From Pseudomonadota bacterium (GTDB lineage Bacteria > Pseudomonadota > Alphaproteobacteria > Rhizobiales > Beijerinckiaceae), in assembly GCA_020161475.1 (NCBI GenBank), contig JAIUNQ010000003.1, positions 40,818 to 64,817 on the forward strand: a stretch of 24,000 bases of DNA. Direction: 5' to 3'. Position 1 is the first letter of the stretch. Each line of letters begins with the position of its first letter. Below are positions 7,869 to 15,100 of this stretch, one piece after another. The notes below the pieces were generated by a model that searched no databases, was not told where the DNA came from, and worked only from the letters and a program-made list of their open reading frames with translations. The translations under genes and the position numbers were made by a program.

Positions 7869-9158
7869 CTATGCGGCCGCTCGCGTTTGGGGGATGTTTT
7901 CGGCGAGTGCAACCTGTAGCTCGATTGGAGGCGGCAGTAGCGTGATTGCCGATTTTGGTTGGGGTGCAGGAACCTGGCTCAGAACCCGAATCTCCGTTGC
8001 GACGGAGAATTCAATGGCCATCAACTGCAGTTCGAGTATTGCTAGCCCCATACCGGTACAGGCACGTGCGCCAGCCCCAAATGGCAGAAATGCCTTCGAG
8101 GTGAAGTCGCGGCTCAGATCGAACTCGTTCGGCCGGTCCCAGTAGGCGGGCGAGCGATGATATAGCCAGGTCGGGATGAGCACGGTGTCGCCCTTGCTGA
8201 CTTTCTGTCCTCCGATTTCTTGGTCGCATTTGGCATCACGGGCAAACCAGTGAGCAGACGGATACAGTCGAAGCGTCTCCTTAACCGCCGCCAAGCTCAC
8301 TGAAGCTTGGGGAAGCTTATAAGCGCTGATTTCACCGCTTTCGTCCTGCAATGCCATGGCTTCTGCGGCGATCTTGTCCTTGAGGCCTGGGACGACAGAA
8401 AGGTGATAGAGTAGCCAAGCACTTGCATTTCCCGTCGTATGATGGCCTGCGACAATCATTGTCAGGATTTCGTCGGAAAGGTCCTCGTCCGATAAATTCA
8501 GGGCTTCGAGCGATTTTACGACGCTACCTTCAGGTGATCGACCGCGCACTCGTTGAACCACAGCACCCATTACGGCGCGAGCTGCTTTCCGCTCTCGAGC
8601 GCGGCGCAATTGTTCCCAAGGCATCAAAGGCAGTACGCGGAACATTTCATCGGACAAGTCGTCTTCAACACGTGCAACAGCCTGAACGATAACTTCTTCG
8701 TCTGCCTCTTGAAGGACGTCCTTGCCGAACATGACAGCAGAGACGAGGCGAAGGGACAGACGCGACGTCATCTCGTGTGCATCGAACGATTTCAGCTGCA
8801 TCAACTGCAAGATGAAACGACGAACGATGGCGGTCATTTCGGGTACGTACTGATTGGCAACGCCGCGGGCAAAGGCGCTGTGCAGGACACCGCGTCGGCG
8901 GCGGTGTTCTTCGCCACTCAGAGATAGTGAGCTGATCCCGAGCACCTTTCGGAGCTTATAAACCAAGCGTCCCTTGTCGATCTCCTCTTCCGGTGCCTTG
9001 AGCACGGACTTGACGAGTTCAGGGTCAGTCACCATCCAGATTGGCGTTGGACCAAGATAAGTCCGCTCAACGGGGCCTTTGGCTCGCTTCCCGACGGCGA
9101 GCATAAAGTTGAGCGGATCACGCCGAAACGGCAACATGTCGGAAAGCCAGTGTTTCAT
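7869..9158 (-). CDS. Cytochrome P450 monooxygenase
   Basis: I-helix AGHHTTGN, K-helix ETLRLYP, and the heme Cys-ligand loop FLPFGAGARACTGMGLA (F-x-x-G-x-R-x-C-x-G). The ATG at 9158 is preceded by GGAGG. The track start at 9236 would add an implausible N-terminus. This start lies 41 nt inside the 3' end of luxI. Confidence 0.9.
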   Translation of the reverse strand: MKHWLSDMLPFRRDPLNFMLAVGKRAKGPVERTYLGPTPIWMVTDPELVKSVLKAPEEEIDKGRLVYKLRKVLGISSLSLSGEEHRRRRGVLHSAFARGVANQYVPEMTAIVRRFILQLMQLKSFDAHEMTSRLSLRLVSAVMFGKDVLQEADEEVIVQAVARVEDDLSDEMFRVLPLMPWEQLRRARERKAARAVMGAVVQRVRGRSPEGSVVKSLEALNLSDEDLSDEILTMIVAGHHTTGNASAWLLYHLSVVPGLKDKIAAEAMALQDESGEISAYKLPQASVSLAAVKETLRLYPSAHWFARDAKCDQEIGGQKVSKGDTVLIPTWLYHRSPAYWDRPNEFDLSRDFTSKAFLPFGAGARACTGMGLAILELQLMAIEFSVATEIRVLSQVPAPQPKSAITLLPPPIELQVALAENIPQTRAAA

Positions 9159-9768
9159 CGGAAACCTCCATTGCATTGATCGAAGACACGAGACGTCGAA
9201 AGCGGGCACCATCCTGACCGCAAATCGGGATTTCACCGGCTAGGATTGCTAGGGGCTCTGACGTGCCGTTAAGGGGGATTTCGGTCGGTGGACCGTATCG
9301 CTTGGTCCGGATCCCGACAGTAGCCAGGTAGCGCTCGTACGTGAGGTCTGCGATTGCGACCAGTGCGCGCGCCTGCTGATAGAAGGCAAACCGGAACATT
9401 AGCCCATAGTTGATTTGAGCTAGCCGTCGCTGGTCGGCGCCCGGCTCAACACCAAATCTGGAGATTTCCCAAACATCGATCGACTTTGGATAAGGCCGAT
9501 CAACTGCGAGCTGCGGAAAAATGTGCTCGGCAAGGTAGGGGCCGTCTGTCCGAAGAGCTCGAAAGCCGCCGACGATCTTCTGTCCCCGAACAATCAGCGC
9601 GTAAACAGCCCTCGAAGTATCAAACTGATCGCGCTCTTCGTCTGCACTGACTTCCAACTGCCAACCTAGCTGATCGACAAAAAGTGACTTCCTAAAGCGA
9701 AAAAACTCGCTCGCCCTGTTAGGGTTTGAGTTGGAGTGGGTTATGATCGCACGGAGCCGTTCTGTCAT
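9118..9768 (-). CDS. LuxI-family acyl-homoserine-lactone synthase
   Basis: The N-terminal signature R26-x3-F30-x5-W36-x8-E45-x-D47-x2-D50 (FRFRKSLFVDQLGWQLEVSADEERDQFD) matches the conserved LuxI residue pattern with a 2-residue offset. WEISRF is also present. AGGAGG lies 6 nt upstream of the ATG at 9768. Confidence 0.9.
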   Translation of the reverse strand: MTERLRAIITHSNSNPNRASEFFRFRKSLFVDQLGWQLEVSADEERDQFDTSRAVYALIVRGQKIVGGFRALRTDGPYLAEHIFPQLAVDRPYPKSIDVWEISRFGVEPGADQRRLAQINYGLMFRFAFYQQARALVAIADLTYERYLATVGIRTKRYGPPTEIPLNGTSEPLAILAGEIPICGQDGARFRRLVSSINAMEVSDETLAFRHVAVSA

Positions 9769-9844
9769 CCGTCGCCTCCTATTTTGGAGAGCTACGATGG
9801 CAGGGCAGTGGAGCCGGAAGAATACCGGTTTTTGGGGGGTATTT

Positions 9845-10618
9845 ATGGATCTCGGAGAATGGATTGATCAGATCCAGCTGACAACCGATTTGGACTCACT
9901 GACTAAAGTTATGCAGCGCATCATTGAGCACTTTGGCTTCACTTCATGGTGCATGGTCGACGCTGGGCGTGCTTATGCAGATGTTCCATTTAATTTCGGG
10001 ACAACCGGCGCCACCTGGGTCAATCACTACAAGAGTAACGGGTTTGTGCACATTGACCCCTATATAGCGAAAGCACGTCGAGAAAATACTCCATTCGATT
10101 GGAGCTCAATTCCAAACCCGTTAACAAAGCGAGGACCAAAGTCAAAATTTAAATTCCTGATGGAATCAGCTTACGATAACGGATTTAAGGAAGGTCTAAT
10201 TTTTCCGTGTCATTTTAATGACAGGATAGGTCGAAGACATTCTGTTGTTTGTGTATTCTATTGGACCAGCGAAGAAAGTGAATTTCGAACCAAAATACCA
10301 GAAATTCGTATTTATCTTCATATGATTGTTATATATTTTATTACTCACTCTATGGAATTGTTGGCGCTGTCTGTCCGAGACAATGTTTCCCTCTTCAAGA
10401 CACCATCCGATGTTTTCGAACGCCGCTTAACTGATCGCGAGAGAGACGTGATTTCGTGGGCTGCTCGCGGAAAGACCGCATTCGAAACCGCAGAAATTTT
10501 GGGGCTTTCCAAAGATACGGTCGAGAAGCACATTTCAAATGTTGTCAGTAAGATCGACGCAAGGAATCGTACGCATGCAGTTGCGAAGTGTATACACCTG
10601 TCATTGATCGACTTATAA
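9845..10618 (+). CDS. LuxR-family AHL-responsive transcriptional regulator
   Basis: Autoinducer-domain signature W-x3-Y-x8-D-P (TWVNHYKSNGFVHIDPYI) and PFDW. The C-terminal GerE HTH is LTDRERDVISWAARGKTAFETAEILGLSKDTVEKHISNVVSKIDARNRTHAV. The ATG at 9845 follows a G-run; the track start at 9731 would overlap luxI. The coding sequence is strikingly AT-rich compared with the backbone. Confidence 0.88.
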   Translation: MDLGEWIDQIQLTTDLDSLTKVMQRIIEHFGFTSWCMVDAGRAYADVPFNFGTTGATWVNHYKSNGFVHIDPYIAKARRENTPFDWSSIPNPLTKRGPKSKFKFLMESAYDNGFKEGLIFPCHFNDRIGRRHSVVCVFYWTSEESEFRTKIPEIRIYLHMIVIYFITHSMELLALSVRDNVSLFKTPSDVFERRLTDRERDVISWAARGKTAFETAEILGLSKDTVEKHISNVVSKIDARNRTHAVAKCIHLSLIDL

Positions 10619-10964
10619 TACCATAAATAGACAGCGTCTAAAATGAATATTGTTTTGGTGTCATTTCAATGGCGCTGCCGAGAGCGCCGGTGACGCCGTC
10701 GGCGCGAAAAATGGTGCGCACCCACCCAGCCTCAGAAGCGCCGCTCGCGCCTCGGCTAGCGCGGCCTGCGTGGCATCGCTAGTCGGTTGGGCGCACCCTA
10801 TGGCAACCACTGACGTTCAAAGTGCCGGGATGGGCTCTAGCTTTACTTGGAGAAAGGATAAAGGGGGCGGACATAACGACTGCGTCTGCAAGACCCAAGA
10901 ATGTCAAAAATGACCGACGTGTCTGCATGTGATGTCCTTTAGCTTGATGCCTTGGTTTTTTTGG

Positions 10965-11750
10965 TCAGTTTTTCGCACGCTGACATCCGACGGCTATGGC
11001 CTCATCTTCAGAGCAGAACCATCGCCGCTTAGGTCCCTCCATGGACAACTTGCCATAATGGCGGCCGCCGGGAAGGTGGTAGATGCAGGCCCTAGGCTTG
11101 AGGTTGCCTTTGATCGAACATTTGGTTGAGGGCGGTTGGGCGGGGGAGCCGCAAAGGCGCCAATGGGCCTCGATCGAGATCGGAGCCAGGGAATGCAGTT
11201 GCGTATCGCAGTTTCTGTGGCGCCAGTCCCATGGCGCAATAAAGGAACCCGCCCAGAGGCCCTTCTTCTTGGCTTTGGCGTAGTCTTCCTCATAAGCGTA
11301 GGTTCTTGCGTAATGACGAAATGCGAGGGCCCATCCTTCGCTAACCAGCCACCGATTGATGTTCCAGCCCTCGACGAAACAGGTGCCTAGCGCGCGCCCG
11401 TAAGCATCGCTTCCCCGAAGCTGACACCGCCAGATTTCCTTGCCCGCTCTGTGAATGAGGGCGTCGCGGGCTGAAATGCCACAATTCCAATCGCTTCCTT
11501 CATGATCTAGACAGATCTGGTCGGTTTCCGGGGCGTCGACCCCCTGAAGACGGATTTTGGTGTCGGCAACAATGACGGTATCGCCATCCGTGATGACGGG
11601 GCTTCCAGCAACCTCGCGCACCCTGTTGCCGTACGGCTGAGCCAAAGCGGAGGTTATGCCCCATGTGAGGGATGCGACCATGACTAGGAGAAGAACCACG
11701 ACTATAACAGACCGACGTAGAGCGTGAAACGGGAAGCTTAAAGGGTCCAA
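10965..11750 (-). CDS. Exported thermonuclease (staphylococcal-nuclease fold) with a C-terminal Cys-flanked module
   Basis: SNase-like motifs DGDTVIV...IRLQGVDAPE, YGRALGTC and GLWAG...PWDWRH. The C-terminal CSIKGNL...IYHLPGGRHYGKL...RWFCSEDEAIAVGCQRA resembles, from memory, what is annotated as a sunset domain. The 332-aa track ORF has an Arg/Gly/Pro-rich junk-like N-terminus. A TTG at 11750 would give M-DPLSFPFHALRRSVIVVVLLLVMVASLTWGITSALA-QP, a classical signal peptide. Start uncertain. Confidence 0.75.
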   Translation of the reverse strand: MDPLSFPFHALRRSVIVVVLLLVMVASLTWGITSALAQPYGNRVREVAGSPVITDGDTVIVADTKIRLQGVDAPETDQICLDHEGSDWNCGISARDALIHRAGKEIWRCQLRGSDAYGRALGTCFVEGWNINRWLVSEGWALAFRHYARTYAYEEDYAKAKKKGLWAGSFIAPWDWRHRNCDTQLHSLAPISIEAHWRLCGSPAQPPSTKCSIKGNLKPRACIYHLPGGRHYGKLSMEGPKRRWFCSEDEAIAVGCQRAKN

Positions 11751-11989
11751 AAGAACGCGCGCCAGAGAAAGTTGCCGACGCCCCACCAGTACAGCATCCC
11801 CAGTGCGATTGCGGGTGCCCATATCCAGTCGAGGCGGCGCCACAACGGGCGCGCGCGGTCCTTTTCTCGGTGTGCCTCGTTGTCCTGCGCGATTGGTTCC
11901 CAGTAGCCCAAGTCTGCGTCCTTCGAGCGGTTCGTCTCGTGCACTCTTGTGCCCAGCGAGCATAGAATGAATGCCGGAGATACCAGCAT
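11738..11989 (-). CDS. Small membrane protein (83 aa), hypothetical
   Basis: This reading frame has strongly G/C-biased third positions, unlike the overlapping N-terminal extension of the nuclease ORF. There is one C-terminal hydrophobic, Trp-rich helix (LDWIWAPAIALGMLYWWGVGNFLW). Its TAA (11738-11740) sits just past the proposed nuclease TTG, suggesting coupling. Confidence 0.5.
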   Translation of the reverse strand: MLVSPAFILCSLGTRVHETNRSKDADLGYWEPIAQDNEAHREKDRARPLWRRLDWIWAPAIALGMLYWWGVGNFLWRAFFWTL

Positions 11990-12006
11990 CTCATATGGAA
12001 ACCGCG

Positions 12007-12018
12007 CTGCCAATCCGG
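12007..12018. repeat. 12-bp direct repeat CTGCCAATCCGG, copy 1
   Basis: An exact copy of 12105-12116. It lies in the 5' region of the small membrane ORF, left of the 18-bp palindrome. Confidence 0.6.
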
Positions 12019-12030
12019 TCCTACGTCCCC

Positions 12031-12048
12031 ACCCTAGAGCTCTAGGGT
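12031..12048. promoter_or_regulatory. Perfect 18-bp palindrome ACCCTAGAGCTCTAGGGT (candidate operator) in the divergent intergenic region
   Basis: The reverse complement equals the sequence itself. It sits between the minus-strand nuclease operon and the plus-strand methylase/helicase gene. Confidence 0.55.
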
Positions 12049-12104
12049 CTTATTCCCGGTTTTTGAAGCCCGGGAGGTGAAGAGAGAGTTTTCCGGGCTG
12101 GTTC

Positions 12105-12116
12105 CTGCCAATCCGG
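12105..12116. repeat. 12-bp direct repeat CTGCCAATCCGG, copy 2
   Basis: An exact copy of 12007-12018, ending 9 nt before the ATG of the methylase/helicase gene and overlapping its GGAG SD region. Confidence 0.6.
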
Positions 12117-12125
12117 AGACTTGCG

Positions 12126-15100
12126 ATGACCCCTCCTGCTGCCTTGGCGCTTGCTGCGCCGCTTTCCGTTCGCCCCCACCTCCCCTCTGTTTCTGGTGGC
12201 TGCCTTCTTGAGGCTGCGCGCTTGTTGCTGCGCTCCTTGTCCTCGGGCCGCCGCATTGACGCCGACGTTATGCGTTTGGCGATGGAGGAGGCTTTCGGCG
12301 GCTCAGACGCTGAGGGCGCCTGGTCCTGGAAGGATGCCTACGAGGCCATTGAGGCCGCGCAGATCCTCTTTCTTCGCCAGTTTGGCGCTTCCATTCTCGG
12401 GGGCGGTCGCTCCCCTGTGGCAATCCTCGGCATTCTCGAAACCCTAGGCGCCTTGCTCCCGACGCAGACACGTCGCTCGGAGGCTTCGCAGGCGCTGCAG
12501 CAGTTCTCCACGCCTGTGGAACTGGCATTTCTTGCAGCACAAGCTGCTCGTCTCTCGTCTTCAGACCTTGTGCTCGAGCCTTCGGCCGGGACCGGGATGC
12601 TGGCCATCTACGCCGAAATCGCGGGTGCCAGCCTCGTTCTCAATGAATGGGCAGAAGAGCGGCATGGCCTTTTAGCGGGACTGTTCCCGAAGGCACGGCT
12701 GACGCAGTTTGATGGGGCCCAGATCCATGATCGACTGGATCCGACGATCCGGCCCAGCGTGGTGCTCATGAACCCGCCGTTTTCGGCATCGCCCTTGGTT
12801 GCTGGGCGGTATGCGAATGCGACCTTCGAGCACATCCGCTCGGCGCTCGCGCGTCTGGAACCCAACGGTCGCCTCGTGGCCATCACTGGGGAAAGCTTGT
12901 CGCCTTACGGTCGGACTTGGCGCCCCGCATTCGAAAAGCTGCAGGCGTCATCGAGTGTCCGGGTGAGCTTTGCCTTATGTCGGGGGTTCTTCCGTCGCCA
13001 TGGAACCGATGTCGAGAGCCGCTTGACGGTCATCGACAAGCTGCCGGCTTCGAACGCATCGACCTTTCCGGCTCCGGCGGCACCGGCAGCGAATTTGCGC
13101 GATCTGCTCGCACTCATCGAAGAACATGTCCCGCCACGGGTGACGTCGCAGATCACCAGTCCCCCTACTCCGAGTGTGGCTTCGCCTGCACCCGTCGTCA
13201 CCTCCATTTCCACGTCTCGCCTTTCTGCCTTCGGCCGGTTGAAGCGTCCTGTTGCCTTGCCTTCGGCCCCAGAAACGATGGAGCGTCCATCCCAGTTGGA
13301 GGCGAAGTCCCCTCCCCTCTTGGCGTCTGCCGCGAGCGTCGACCCTCTCGTGGTTGATCAGCAGCCGCTGGACCTCTTCTCGATTGAAGAGCGGAAGGTT
13401 GGTGAGGCGTTCTCGGCGCAGCACCAGCCCCCGGAATCTAACGGCTCAGCCCCCTCCCCTGCTGTGGGCGCGGTTATCGAGTTGCAGTATACGCCGCAGG
13501 ATTGGGTGGCTTCGCCCACGGGGGGCCTCGATGCAGGTCTCTATGAAGCCTACCTCGTCCAGTCGATGGTGATCGAGGGTGCCAAGCCCCATCCGAGTGT
13601 GCTGGTCCAGTCCGCCGCCATGGCATCTGTTGCTCCGCCCAAGCCGAGCTATCGCCCTCATCTGCCGGAAGCGATTGTCTCAAGCGGTCTTCTCTCGGAT
13701 GCCCAGCTGGAGACCATCGTCTACGCCGGTGAAGCGCATGGCCAGCGGCTGGGCGGCTCGTGGGTCGTGAACGAGACCTTCGATGCACTCGAAGCCGCCG
13801 CAGAGGGCGCCGAAGATGCCGTGACCTTCCGACGCGGGTTCTACTTGGGCGATGGTACAGGGGCGGGCAAGGGCCGCCAGGTTGCAGGCGTGGTGCTCGA
13901 TAACTGGCTCAAGGGGCGCAAGAAGGCGCTCTGGATTTCCAAATCGGACAAGCTGCTCGAAGACGCCCAACGCGATTGGGCTGCGCTTGGGCAAGAAAAA
14001 CTCCAGATTGTCCCCCTCTCGCGCTTCAAACAGGGCACGCCCGTGACCTTGAGCGAGGGGATCCTGTTCACCACCTACGCCACCTTGCGCTCGGATGAGC
14101 GTCAGGGGCCGGGCGGAGAGATCAAGGCCTCGCGCCTCAAGCAGGTCATCGATTGGCTTGGCAAGGATGCCGGTGCTGGCGCAGCGGCCGACTTCGACGG
14201 CGTCATCGTCTTCGATGAGGCCCATGCCATGGCTAATGCGGCCGGCGAGAAGGGGGCGCGGGGCGACAAATCCGCGTCCCAGCAGGGTCGTGCCGGGGTG
14301 CGTCTTCAGAATGCCCTGCCTCAGGCCCGCGTGCTCTATGTCTCGGCCACAGGCGCGACGACGGTGTCGAACCTCGCCTATGCCTCGCGTCTTGGTCTCT
14401 GGGGTTCAACCGATATGCCCTTTGCCACGCGCGAGGCTTTCGTCGAGGCGATGGAAGCGGGTGGCATTGCCGCGATGGAGGTTCTCGCGCGCGATCTCAA
14501 AGCGCTAGGGCTCTACACGGCGCGCGCCCTCTCCTACGCCGGTGTCGAGGTTGAGATGCTCGAGCACCAGCTCAGTGCCGAGCAGATCCGTATATATGAC
14601 GCATACGCTTCCGCCTTCGAGATCATCCATAACAATCTCAATGCGGCGCTCGAAGCTTCGAACATCACTGGCGAGGGCGGTAAATCGTATAACAAGAACG
14701 CCAAATCCGCCGCGCGCTCCGCGTTTGAATCGAACAAGCAGCGCTTCTTCGCCCATCTCATCACCGCGATGAAGGCACCGAGCCTGATCAAGGCGATCGA
14801 GGCGGATATGGAGGCAGGCCATGCTGCCGTTATCCAGATCGTCTCAACCAATGAAGCGCTGCTTGAGCGTCGCCTAGCCGAGATCCCGACCTCGGAATGG
14901 AACGATCTATCGGTCGATATCACCCCGCGCGAATATGTCCTCGATTACCTCGCTCATTCCTTTCCGACAGGGCTCTTCGAGGTCTATTCGGATGATGACG
15001 GGAACCTGCAATCGCGACCAGCGATGGATGAGGATGGAAACCCGGTTCAGTCCCGCGAGGCGGTGGAGCGGCGAGATCGACTGATCGAGCATCTGGCGTC

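Noticed and set aside
9731-9844. Track-defined N-terminal extensions. These are luxR from 9731, P450 from 9236, Toprim from 16591, DUF2493 from 17983, the hydrolase from 3776, repB from 21582 and the 93-aa ORF from 7912.
   Set aside because: Each extension overlaps the neighbouring gene or lacks an SD, while an internal ATG with a good SD (GGAGG, AGGAGG, GGGAGG, GAGGAAG) gives a conventional N-terminus. The shorter coordinates are reported instead.
7086-10660. TTGGTG at both GC-transition points (7086-7091 and 10655-10660) as a possible target-site duplication for the QS module.
   Set aside because: A 6-bp match between two flanks of about 40-50 bp is expected by chance at appreciable frequency, and no transposase or clear terminal inverted repeats of IS quality accompany it.
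10650-10913. An 87-aa plus-strand ORF in the GC-rich gap between luxR and the nuclease gene, and the possibility that this 300-bp gap is a gene remnant.
   Set aside because: There is no SD, the translation is Ala/Ser/Gly-rich, and I recognise no motif on either strand. It may be a decayed fragment, but I cannot support any call without a BLASTX search.
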